From positions 1 to 43,410 of the IMG/VR virus record IMGVR_UViG_3300025848_000064: DNA of 43,410 bases. The stretch is one strand, 5' to 3'. Shown here piece by piece: positions 17,167-25,536 of the stretch. The position numbers and the translations under genes were made by a program. How positions within the stretch are numbered: the stretch's first letter is position 1; each line of letters opens with the position of its first letter. The stretch is from a virus (taxonomy: Duplodnaviria; Caudoviricetes). The notes beneath the pieces were generated by a model. The model had not been told where the DNA came from. It saw nothing but the letters and a program-made list of their open reading frames with translations, and ran no database searches.

Positions 17167-17190
17167 GTCGCCAAACGGCGACATTACAAT
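17167..17190 (+). promoter_or_regulatory. Palindromic operator plus -10 box upstream of the PolA operon
   Basis: GTCGCC-AAAC-GGCGAC (17167-17182), TACAAT 17185-17190, ATG 17197. Confidence 0.65.
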
Positions 17191-17196
17191 AATGTC

Positions 17197-17445
17197 ATGG
17201 ACCAGACGCTCCTGCTTACCGGCGCAGACTCCGCGATCGTCGGGTGGATCCATCGGTGCGGGGACGTACCGATCGTGATCTACGACCGGGCCAAGCTCGT
17301 CAAGCACTTCGTCAAGGACGGGATGACGGACGACGAGGCGGAGGAGTGGGTGTCGTTCAACATCGAGGGGGCGTGGGTTGGGAAAGGGACTCCGGGTGTC
17401 CTCAACAAGGGGGGCATCGCCAAGATCAGGGAGGTGCTGGCGTGA
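17197..17445 (+). CDS. Conserved phage hypothetical protein
   Basis: GADSAIVG...IYD...GMTDDEAEEWVSFNIEGAWVGKGTP, a pattern I recall from aquatic phages. Confidence 0.7.
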   Translation: MDQTLLLTGADSAIVGWIHRCGDVPIVIYDRAKLVKHFVKDGMTDDEAEEWVSFNIEGAWVGKGTPGVLNKGGIAKIREVLA

Positions 17446-19202
17446 TGCGGTTCGTGCTTGACATCGAGACGGACGCGCTCGACGACGTCAAGAACATCTG
17501 GAGCGTGGTCTTGCGGGACGCCTCCAGCGGCAACATCGTCGCCAGCACCTACCCGGAGTTCGGGCATGACCACGCCTTCGATCTGATCCGGCAGGCCGAC
17601 GAGATCATCGGGCACAACATCCTGTCGTTCGACCTGCCGGTACTTGCCCAGTTTGGCGTCTGCCCGAAGCCGTCGTGCACGATCACGGACACCCTGGTCC
17701 TTGCCCGTGCGGCCTGGCCCGACGTCCGCAACGACGACTTCAAGCGCACCAACTTCCCGAAGGAGCTGATCGGCTCCCACTCGCTGAAGGCCTGGGGAGC
17801 CCGGCTCGGGATCCTGAAGGACCTGTTCGGGGAGACCGCCGACTGGGGCTACTGGTCCGAGCGGATGCAGGACTACTGCGAACAGGACACGGCCGTCACC
17901 CTGGCCCTCTACAAGCAGGTGCTCAAGGAAGGCATCGCCTCCGAGGTCGTGTCCCTTGAGCACTCGGTGGCACGGATCTGCCTCAAGATGCAGCGCCACG
18001 GATGGCGCTTCGACCTCCGTGGAGCCGACGACCTCACCGCCCGCCTGCTTGTCAAGAAGCGCGAACTGCGCGAGCGGCTTGAGCAGACCTTCCCGCCGAA
18101 GGTCACGAAGCTGAAGACCAAGACCAAGACCGAGCCGTTCAACCCAGGCAGCAGGCAGGACATCGCCCGTGCCTTGCAGCAGCTCTATGGCTGGAAGCCG
18201 GTAGAGCTGACCGCCACCGGCCAGCCGCGCATCGACGAGGAGATCCTCTCGTCGCTGGACTACCCGGAGGCCAAGCTCCTGTGCGAGTACCTCCTCGTGG
18301 TCAAGCGCCTCGGGCAGATCGCCGAGGGCGACGAGGCGTGGCTGAAGCTCGTCAAGCGCGGCCGCATCCACGGGTACATCAACACCAACGGCGCGGTCAC
18401 CGGCCGGGCCACCCACTCGAAGCCGAACATGGCGCAGGTCCCCGCCGGACGCAGCCCATACGGCTCCGACTGCCGTGCCCTGTTCATGCCGTCCGACGGA
18501 ATGGTGCTCGTCGGCGCCGACGCATCCGGTCTCGAATTGCGGTGCCTTGCCCACTTCCTCGCCAAGTACGACGACGGCGCCTACGGCCGGATCGTCGTTG
18601 ACGGCGACATCCACTGGGAGAACACGCAGGCGTTCGGCCTTGTCAAGGCCGGTACGAAGCGGGACAAGGACGACCACGCGCTCGAAGCGCAGCGCAACGT
18701 CGCCAAGACCCTGATCTACGCGATGATCTACGGCGCCGGTGACACGAAGCTCGGATCGACGGTCGGGGGCGACGAGAAGCGCGGGGCCGAGCTGCGCCGG
18801 AAGTTCGAGAAGGCGGTGCCTGCGTTCCGGATGCTGAAGGACGCGGTCGCCGGTGCGTCCAAGCGCGGGTTCCTGGTGGGCCTTGACGGGCGCAGGCTCC
18901 CCGTGCGCTCCCAGCACTCAGCCCTCAACACCCTGTTGCAGAGCGCCGGTGCGGTGGTGATGAAGAAGGCGTTGAGCATCCTGGTCGCTGGCCTTGAGAA
19001 GGAGGGCTACGTCTTTGGCAAGGACTTCGGTGTCGTCGGCTGGATCCATGACGAGTTTCAGATTGAAGCCAGGCCTGCCCTGGTCGGGCATGTTGGCGAA
19101 AGCGCGGTCAACGCCATCCGCGCCGCAGGAGAACACTACGGGTTCCGGATTCCCCTTGACGGGGAATGGCGAAGCGGAGCCAACTGGAGCGAGACGCATT
19201 GA
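17445..19202 (+). CDS. DNA polymerase family A (T7 gp5-like), 585 aa
   Basis: Exo I DIETD, GHNILSFD, YCEQD; motif A DASGLELR, motif B KTLIYAMIYG (Tyr at the 762-equivalent), motif C HDEF; short thumb, so no apparent thioredoxin-binding insert. Confidence 0.97.
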   Translation: MRFVLDIETDALDDVKNIWSVVLRDASSGNIVASTYPEFGHDHAFDLIRQADEIIGHNILSFDLPVLAQFGVCPKPSCTITDTLVLARAAWPDVRNDDFKRTNFPKELIGSHSLKAWGARLGILKDLFGETADWGYWSERMQDYCEQDTAVTLALYKQVLKEGIASEVVSLEHSVARICLKMQRHGWRFDLRGADDLTARLLVKKRELRERLEQTFPPKVTKLKTKTKTEPFNPGSRQDIARALQQLYGWKPVELTATGQPRIDEEILSSLDYPEAKLLCEYLLVVKRLGQIAEGDEAWLKLVKRGRIHGYINTNGAVTGRATHSKPNMAQVPAGRSPYGSDCRALFMPSDGMVLVGADASGLELRCLAHFLAKYDDGAYGRIVVDGDIHWENTQAFGLVKAGTKRDKDDHALEAQRNVAKTLIYAMIYGAGDTKLGSTVGGDEKRGAELRRKFEKAVPAFRMLKDAVAGASKRGFLVGLDGRRLPVRSQHSALNTLLQSAGAVVMKKALSILVAGLEKEGYVFGKDFGVVGWIHDEFQIEARPALVGHVGESAVNAIRAAGEHYGFRIPLDGEWRSGANWSETH

Positions 19203-19572
19203 ACGTGCTTCGTGGCTTGCGTATCTGGCTGGCTATCTGGATGGCGAAGGCTGCTTTGCTGCTTCATCCCGGAGTGGCATCCGCTGCTCAGTCTCGAACT
19301 GCTTCCCCTGGGTCTTGCGGGCCCTGCAACAGGAGTTCGGGGGGACGGTGCGGCTCTCCCGCCCGGCGACCCCGCGGCAGCGGGCGCAGTACCAGTGGCA
19401 AGCAAGCGGCGAGAACGCCGTCTGCTGCATCCAAGCGGTGATCCCCTACCTGATCGAGAAGGCACCCCAGGCTGCGTTGGTCCTCGACTACCGCAACTGG
19501 CCCGTCGGAAGCGCCAAGCGCCGCTCCATCGAGATCGAGCTGAAGCGCCTGAAGAGAACCAACTATGAGTAA
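19156..19572 (+). CDS. Free-standing single-motif LAGLIDADG homing endonuclease
   Basis: WLAYLAGYLDGEGCF, FGGTV, YQW, IPYLIEKAPQA; start uncertain (TTG 19156, ATG 19090 or ATT 19198). Confidence 0.82.
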   Translation: MTGNGEAEPTGARRIERASWLAYLAGYLDGEGCFAASSRSGIRCSVSNCFPWVLRALQQEFGGTVRLSRPATPRQRAQYQWQASGENAVCCIQAVIPYLIEKAPQAALVLDYRNWPVGSAKRRSIEIELKRLKRTNYE

Positions 19573-19780
19573 CCCCCTCACCTTCGCCACCACCCCGGAA
19601 CTCTTCGAGGAGCTTGCCAGTCGCTTCGACTCCATGCTGTTCATCGGGTACCAGGACCGCACCGACAAGCATTACGCCATGACCTACGAGTCCAAGGGCA
19701 GCGCCCCGGAGATCGTCGGCCTGAGCCACATGGCGACCCGCCATGTCAACCGCCTCGTGGTGGAAGGCAGCGCCGACTGA
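19565..19780 (+). CDS. Hypothetical protein
   Basis: Genome-typical codon usage; coupled to the exonuclease. Confidence 0.65.
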   Translation: MSNPLTFATTPELFEELASRFDSMLFIGYQDRTDKHYAMTYESKGSAPEIVGLSHMATRHVNRLVVEGSAD

Positions 19781-20514
19781 TGCGAATCCTGATCGACGGC
19801 GACATCCTGTGCTACACGACGGCTGCCGCGGTCGAGAAGCCCATCGACTGGGGCAACGACTTCTGGACGCTGCACTCGGACTTCGCCGAGGCCAAGCAGC
19901 GGATCGACGTAGACATCGTCGAGTTCGTGGAGACGCTGGGCGGGACGTCGTTCACCGTCTGTCTGTCGGACACGCAGAACTTCCGGAAGTCGGTCTACCC
20001 CGAGTACAAGGCGAACCGGGCGAACGTCCGCAAGCCGGTCGTCTTCCAGGCCCTGCGCGACTACATGATCGAGACCTGGGACTGCGAGTTCTGGCCGAGG
20101 CTTGAGGCCGACGACGTCATGGGAATCCTTGCCACGACCAAGAAGAACTGCGTCATCGTCTCCGCCGACAAGGACCTGCGGACCATCCCGACCAAGGTCT
20201 ACAACCCGAGCAAGCCGGACCTGGGGATCATCGAGGTCACGCAGGCCGAGGCTGACCGGAACCACCTGATCCAGACCCTGACCGGAGACCGTACCGACGG
20301 CTACCCGGGATGCCCCGGGATCGGACCGGCACGGGCGGAGAAGATCGTCGAGGGCGGCTGGGACGCCGTCGTCGAGGCCTTTGTCAAGGCAGGGCTCAAC
20401 GAGCCCGTGGCCCTCACGCAGGCAAGACTTGCCCGGATCCTGCGGAAGGGCGATTACAACCGGAAGACCGGGCAGGTGAAGCTCTGGGCTCCACGAAAGG
20501 TCGCCAATGTCTGA
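19780..20514 (+). CDS. 5'-3' exonuclease (T7 gp6-like)
   Basis: LIDGDIL, NFRK..YPEYKANR, LEADDVMGI, SADKDLRTIP, GDRTDGYPGCPGIG. Confidence 0.95.
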   Translation: MRILIDGDILCYTTAAAVEKPIDWGNDFWTLHSDFAEAKQRIDVDIVEFVETLGGTSFTVCLSDTQNFRKSVYPEYKANRANVRKPVVFQALRDYMIETWDCEFWPRLEADDVMGILATTKKNCVIVSADKDLRTIPTKVYNPSKPDLGIIEVTQAEADRNHLIQTLTGDRTDGYPGCPGIGPARAEKIVEGGWDAVVEAFVKAGLNEPVALTQARLARILRKGDYNRKTGQVKLWAPRKVANV

Positions 20515-20917
20515 ACACCGCCAAGACGACATGAGCATCAAGGACTCCGGCGCCCGCCAGACCTGGGATACCGGGTCCCGCCGGGACACCCGGGAGGGCA
20601 AGGGCCGCTACGACCTGATCCCGTGGGAGATCATCGACGCCGACGCCCGCTACCTGGAGCTGGGCGCCAAGAAGTACGGCGACCGAAACTGGGAGAAGGG
20701 CCAGCCGCTCTCGCGCTACCTGGACTCCGCCTGCCGCCACCTGTCAAAGTTCATGATGGGGCGGCGTGACGAGCCGCACCTGCTGGCCGTGCGCTGGAAC
20801 ATCGCGGCGTACCTGTGGACGCTCAACCGCATCAAGAACGGGGACCTGCCGGAGGCGCTGGACGACACCGGGGAGATCGTCAAGCCGAAGACCCTGTTCG
20901 ATTCTCCGGAAGCCTGA
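20507..20917 (+). CDS. dATP/dGTP diphosphohydrolase-like protein (DUF5664 type)
   Basis: GKGRYDLIP...GAKKYGDRNWEKG...SACRHL...HL..V.WN. Confidence 0.8.
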   Translation: MSEHRQDDMSIKDSGARQTWDTGSRRDTREGKGRYDLIPWEIIDADARYLELGAKKYGDRNWEKGQPLSRYLDSACRHLSKFMMGRRDEPHLLAVRWNIAAYLWTLNRIKNGDLPEALDDTGEIVKPKTLFDSPEA

Positions 20918-20926
20918 GTCATATCT

Positions 20927-21118
20927 ATGGACACTGAGCAACCGCTGCCCGAGTTTCCCCCGATTCCGGAACTACTCCTGGTCGCCCTCGAAGCGCGGTT
21001 TCCGCTGCCCATCCCGGAGCTGTCGATGACCGACCGCGAAATCTGGATGCGGCGCGGCCAGTACTCCGTCATTCAGTTCCTCAAGATCGAGCAGGAATCC
21101 CAACAGAACAAGTGGTAA
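20927..21118 (+). CDS. T7 gp6.5-like conserved protein
   Basis: PPIPELLL..LEARFP...GQYSVIQFL; syntenic position. Confidence 0.6.
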   Translation: MDTEQPLPEFPPIPELLLVALEARFPLPIPELSMTDREIWMRRGQYSVIQFLKIEQESQQNKW

Positions 21119-21128
21119 GGACCCCCAA

Positions 21129-21323
21129 ATGTGCATGAGCGCCCCGAAGATGCCGCCCCCGGCACCGCCGCCCCCACCGGCACCCCCTCCGCCGGTGAAG
21201 ATGGCTAATCGAATGGCGCCCAGCCTGTCGATCCAGCAGCGGCCAAGCCGCGGCGCCCTCGGCAGCTACGAGTCCCTTGTCATCCCCTACCGCGGCACCG
21301 GTGTCAACGTGCCTGGGGCATGA
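21129..21323 (+). CDS. Small Pro-rich virion protein (gp6.7/7.3-like)
   Basis: MC start, Pro-rich, ends GTGVNVP; just before the portal. Confidence 0.65.
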   Translation: MCMSAPKMPPPAPPPPPAPPPPVKMANRMAPSLSIQQRPSRGALGSYESLVIPYRGTGVNVPGA

Positions 21324-22876
21324 CGATGGACGAAGCACCGGCACGGGCCAAGTGGAGCAAGCTTGAGTCCGACCGCCATGTCTACCTGGACCGTGCCCGG
21401 CGCTGCTCCGAGCTGACGCTCCCCTTCATCTACCCTCCCTCCGGCACCACCGGGGCCTCGGAACTACCGACGCCTTACAACAGCCTCGGTGCCCGTGCCG
21501 TCAACAACCTGGCGTCGAAGCTGCTCCTGACGCTGCTTCCGCCGAACACCCCCTTCTTCCGCTTCACCGTCAGCCGCGAGGTCGTCCGGCAGGCCGAGGC
21601 CGCCGAGATGCTCGTGCAGCTCGACCAGGCCTTCGGGGAGATGGAACGTGCCATCGTCGAGGAACTGGAGGCGGAGCCCATTCGCCCGGTCCTGTTCGAT
21701 GCCTTGCGTCACCTGATCGTCGGCGGCAACGGCGTCCTCCGCCTTGACCCCAAGCACGGCTGGCGCTTCTACGCCCTTGACCAGTACGTCGTCGAGCGCG
21801 TCGCGGACACCGTCACCGAGCTGATCCTGAAGGAGAAGGTCTCCAAGGACGCCATTGACAAGGACGTCCTAGACGCCCTCCCCGAGGAAGAGCGACGGCG
21901 CCTCGGCGACTCGGTTGACGTCTACACGGTGTGCTGCCTGGAGGACGGCCGCTACGAATGCCACCAGGAGGTGGCCGGTACCAAGATCCCTGGGACCGAG
22001 GCCTCGTACCTCCCAGACGACTTCCCCTACATCGTCCTCCGCTGGAACCGGATCTCGAACGAGAACTACGGCCGAGGCATCGTCGAGGAGTACCTCGGCG
22101 ACCTGAACAGCCTTGAGGCGATCACCAAGTCGATCGTCGAGTTCAGCCTTGCCGCCAGCCGTCTCCTCTTCTTCGTCCGCCCCAACGGCGCCACGCGCCT
22201 GACGGACGTCCAGAACGCCCCCAACGGCGCCATCAAGATCGGCAACGCCGAGGACGTCACCGTCCTTCAGATGCAGAAGTTCGCAGACTTCAACGTCTCG
22301 ATGAGCGTCGGCACGGCCATCCAGCAGCGCCTGGAACACGCCTTCCTGCTCCGCTCCTCCGTCCAGCGGAACGCCGAGCGCGTCACCGCCACCGAGGTTC
22401 GGATCATGGCGCAGGAGCTTGAGGACGCCCTCGGCGGCGTCTTCTCCTCGCTTGCCGGTGACCTCCAGCTCCCGCTCATCCGGGTGACCCTGGGGCACAT
22501 GCAGAAGAAGAAGAAGCTACGCAAGCTCCCGGAAGGCATCGTCCGCCCGGTCATCATCACCGGCCTGGACGCCCTCGGGCGCGGGCATGAGCTCATGAAG
22601 CTCGACGCATTCGTCTCAGGAATCGGGCAGACGCTTGGTCCCCAGGCGCTGGCCCAGTACCTGGACGTCACCGGATACATGGCCGCTCGGGCGGCGGCCC
22701 TTGGCCTTGACGTCGCTGGGATTGTCAAGAGCCCCGAACAGATCGCCCAGGAACAGCAGGCCGCCCAGCAGCAGGCGGCACAGCAGCAGATCGCTCCGGA
22801 GCTCATCCGCGCAGGCACCCAGATCGGGGTCGCGCAGATGAAGCAGCAGGGCGCACAAGGAGTCACTGAAGCATGA
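21320..22876 (+). CDS. Portal / head-tail connector (T7 gp8-like)
   Basis: GARAVNNLASKLLLTLLPPNTPFFR, YGRGIVEEYLGDL, ERVTATEVR, ELEDALGGVFS. Confidence 0.97.
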   Translation: MTMDEAPARAKWSKLESDRHVYLDRARRCSELTLPFIYPPSGTTGASELPTPYNSLGARAVNNLASKLLLTLLPPNTPFFRFTVSREVVRQAEAAEMLVQLDQAFGEMERAIVEELEAEPIRPVLFDALRHLIVGGNGVLRLDPKHGWRFYALDQYVVERVADTVTELILKEKVSKDAIDKDVLDALPEEERRRLGDSVDVYTVCCLEDGRYECHQEVAGTKIPGTEASYLPDDFPYIVLRWNRISNENYGRGIVEEYLGDLNSLEAITKSIVEFSLAASRLLFFVRPNGATRLTDVQNAPNGAIKIGNAEDVTVLQMQKFADFNVSMSVGTAIQQRLEHAFLLRSSVQRNAERVTATEVRIMAQELEDALGGVFSSLAGDLQLPLIRVTLGHMQKKKKLRKLPEGIVRPVIITGLDALGRGHELMKLDAFVSGIGQTLGPQALAQYLDVTGYMAARAAALGLDVAGIVKSPEQIAQEQQAAQQQAAQQQIAPELIRAGTQIGVAQMKQQGAQGVTEA

Positions 22877-23637
22877 GCACCGAAGTCCAGGTCCCTTTCG
22901 CAGCAAAGCCCGAGGGTCCCACCGGACCGAATGACGCCGCCTACCTCGCACGGGCGGAAGCCGCAGAGGCCGCCCGCAACGGCCAGCCACCGGCAGAGCC
23001 CGCCGCGGAGGCGCCGAAGACCTTCGCCGGGAAGTTCAAGTCGGCCGAGGACCTGGAGAAGGCCTACGTCGAGCTCCAGGCCAAGCTCGGGGCGCCCGCA
23101 GACAAGGCGGAGGAGAAGCCCCAGGACGCCCCAAAGGGCCTGACCACCGAGACCTTCTCCGGCTACGTCGAGGAGTACGCCAAGTCTGGCGCCTTGTCCG
23201 ACAAGTCCTACGCGGAGCTGGAGAAGCTCGGCGTCTCCCGCGACCTGGTCGATTCCTACATCGAGGGCCGCAAGTCGGCGGCAGTCGCGGCGGAGAACTC
23301 CGTGTACGGCGAGGTCGGCGGCCGCGATCAGTACCAGTCGATGGTCTCGTGGGCGGCGCAGGCGCTCGCTCCCGAGGAGATCCAGGCCTACAACGAAGTC
23401 ATCAACTCAGGCGACCCCAAGAAGACGCTCTTCGCCGTCCGCAGCCTCGCTGCCCGGTTCAAGGAGAGCAACTCGTCTGGTCCCGCCCGCGTGGTCGAGG
23501 GCAGGCGCACCGACGCATCCGACCGCTTCCAGTCCCGTGCCGAGATGGTGGCCGCCATGAGCGACCCGCGCTACAGCAAGGATCCGGCGTACCGGAGCGC
23601 GGTCATCGAGAAGCTCAAGAACTCGAACCTCGACTGA
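22873..23637 (+). CDS. Capsid scaffolding protein (T7 gp9-like)
   Basis: AGKFKSAEDLEKAY, VGG..QY..MVSWA, FQSRAEMVAAMSDPRYSKDPAYR. Confidence 0.93.
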   Translation: MSTEVQVPFAAKPEGPTGPNDAAYLARAEAAEAARNGQPPAEPAAEAPKTFAGKFKSAEDLEKAYVELQAKLGAPADKAEEKPQDAPKGLTTETFSGYVEEYAKSGALSDKSYAELEKLGVSRDLVDSYIEGRKSAAVAAENSVYGEVGGRDQYQSMVSWAAQALAPEEIQAYNEVINSGDPKKTLFAVRSLAARFKESNSSGPARVVEGRRTDASDRFQSRAEMVAAMSDPRYSKDPAYRSAVIEKLKNSNLD

Positions 23638-24113
23638 TGCGGCTGGCCGTCGTCTGTCTCGCCGCAGGCCTGGGTGCCTGCAACCCTGTCGAGCGCATCG
23701 CCAGGGACACCAACGAGATCCGGACCCAGGCCCAGGCGCTTGTCAGGCACGGCAACGACACCGGCGACGCGGTCGTCGTGTCTCGTGCAAGCAAGATCGA
23801 CAGCCTTGCATCCGACATCCACGGTGAGCTTCCGAACGTGCAGGCCCGCCCGTCGGACTTCATGGACCTCCTGAAGATCGGCGCCATCGGCCTGGTGCTC
23901 GTCGCCGTGGCCGTGATCCTCTGGCAGACCGGCATCGGCACTGCCATCCGAATCGCCGTCGGCTGGATCCCCCGGCGCAAGCAGGAGGAGGCCAAGTTCA
24001 TCGAGGCAGTCCTGGACCCAAGCAAGCCCGAGAGCGCTCGGGAGTACATCGCCGCCCGTCGTGCGGCAGACCCTGAACTGAATGCCGCACTTGCGGCAAA
24101 GGAAAAGCACTAA
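23637..24113 (+). CDS. Predicted lipoprotein with an internal transmembrane helix
   Basis: Signal MRLAVVCLAAGLGA-C lipobox; helical region; hydrophobic IGAIGLVLVAVAVILW. Confidence 0.7.
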   Translation: MRLAVVCLAAGLGACNPVERIARDTNEIRTQAQALVRHGNDTGDAVVVSRASKIDSLASDIHGELPNVQARPSDFMDLLKIGAIGLVLVAVAVILWQTGIGTAIRIAVGWIPRRKQEEAKFIEAVLDPSKPESAREYIAARRAADPELNAALAAKEKH

Positions 24114-24208
24114 TGGAATCTTTCCTCGGCAACGTGTTCTTCGCCCTGCTGGTCGGCTGCTGCGGTTTCGCGGCGGCCTACTACCTGTGCAAGACCCGCC
24201 GAATCTGA
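24113..24208 (+). CDS. 31-aa single-TM peptide (absent from the ORF track)
   Basis: MESFLGNVFFALLVGCCGFAAAYYLCKTRRI*; TAATG coupling; AAGGA upstream. Confidence 0.6.
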   Translation: MESFLGNVFFALLVGCCGFAAAYYLCKTRRI

Positions 24209-24378
24209 ATCACATCACCCCCCGCTGGCTGGGGTGAACGTCCGTCTTGGAAACAGTCCGAGACCGACTCGCGGCCCGATGCGTCGGACACCCGTGGAGG
24301 AGGATCGCTGACTCGCCCGCAGAACGGCTTGTCAAGCCAGCGCGTTTCTTACACACACTCACATAGGAGTCCATTCAA

Positions 24379-25476
24379 ATGGGCAACTGGGATATCACTC
24401 CCTCCCGCTTCGGCTCGGTCAATGGCGCAGCCGACAAGTGGGAACTCTTCCTGAAGGTGTTCGGCGGCGAAGTCCTTTCGCTGTTTGAGCAGAAGACGGT
24501 GATGAAGCCTCTCATCACCATCCGCACGATCAGCCAGGGCAAGTCGGCGACCTTCCCGCTCTACGGGTCGGTGGCCGCCAAGTTCCACAAGCCCGGCGAG
24601 AACATCCTGGAGGGCACCAACGGGTACCTCTCCGAGATGAAGTTCGCCGAGCGCGTGCTGAACATCGACGGCCAGCTCATCTCGGCTTCGTTCGTTTCCG
24701 ACGTCGACGAGATGCTCAACCACTGGGACGCTCGCCGTCCGGTGGCCGAGGAGATCAGCCGCCAGCTGGCGTACTACTTCGACCGCGTCGCCATCCACAC
24801 GATGATCGCCGCCGCCCGTACCAGCACTGCTCCCGTGACGTACAAGACGTCCGGCAACAAGGACCTGGTCGGTACGACGATCGACATCGGTGCTTCGTAC
24901 ACCGCGGCGAACCTCATCAGCAAGGCTTACGACGCTGCTGCGGAACTGGACGCCAAGGATGTTGCGGAGGAGGGCCGGTTCATGCTGGTCAGTCCGACGA
25001 ACTACTGGAGCCTGGTGAACAGCCAGAGCCAGTACATCCAGAGCGTCGACTACTCGCCCGGCAACAGCAACGTGGCCGCAGGCAAGCTGTACCAGATCGC
25101 TGGCTTCCGCCTTGTCAAGACCCCGCTCCTGCCCAACGTCAACATGATCGCTGACGCTGACTCCGGAACGTCGGGCACGCAGATCGCATCGACGTACCAG
25201 ACGCTTGCTGGTGGCAAGGCCACGACGGCTGAAGCGATGCCCAACCACAGCATCAAGAACAGCCCGTTCGGCACCACCAACGGCTACGCCGCCGACTTCT
25301 CCAAGACCGTGGCTGTCTGCGGTCACGGCGCGTCGGTCGGCTGCGTCCAGAAGCATGACATCGCTACCGAGACTGAGCGCAAGATCGAGTACCAGGGCAC
25401 CCTGATGCTCGGCAAGCTCATGACCGGCTTCGGCGTCCTGCGTCCGGAGTGCGCGGTCGAGCTCAAGCTCACCTGA
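24379..25476 (+). CDS. Major capsid protein (T7 gp10-like)
   Basis: LFLKVFGGEVL, RTISQGKSATFP, GFGVLRPECAVEL; SD TAGGAG. Confidence 0.97.
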   Translation: MGNWDITPSRFGSVNGAADKWELFLKVFGGEVLSLFEQKTVMKPLITIRTISQGKSATFPLYGSVAAKFHKPGENILEGTNGYLSEMKFAERVLNIDGQLISASFVSDVDEMLNHWDARRPVAEEISRQLAYYFDRVAIHTMIAAARTSTAPVTYKTSGNKDLVGTTIDIGASYTAANLISKAYDAAAELDAKDVAEEGRFMLVSPTNYWSLVNSQSQYIQSVDYSPGNSNVAAGKLYQIAGFRLVKTPLLPNVNMIADADSGTSGTQIASTYQTLAGGKATTAEAMPNHSIKNSPFGTTNGYAADFSKTVAVCGHGASVGCVQKHDIATETERKIEYQGTLMLGKLMTGFGVLRPECAVELKLT

Positions 25477-25536
25477 TCCTTACCGTCCTGGGGCCTAACC
25501 GCCCCAGGGCGGATTCACTCGCTCCTTTCTGCCTCG

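Noticed and set aside
19156-19572. Intron- or intein-encoded endonuclease
   Set aside because: polA is complete and uninterrupted (ends GANWSETH); no splicing motifs
21150-21195. C-rich low-complexity repeat (also CAG run near 40906-40920)
   Set aside because: Explained by poly-Pro and poly-Gln coding
25400-25480. T7 10A/10B-type capsid frameshift
   Set aside because: No slippery sequence seen near the stop and hairpins follow directly
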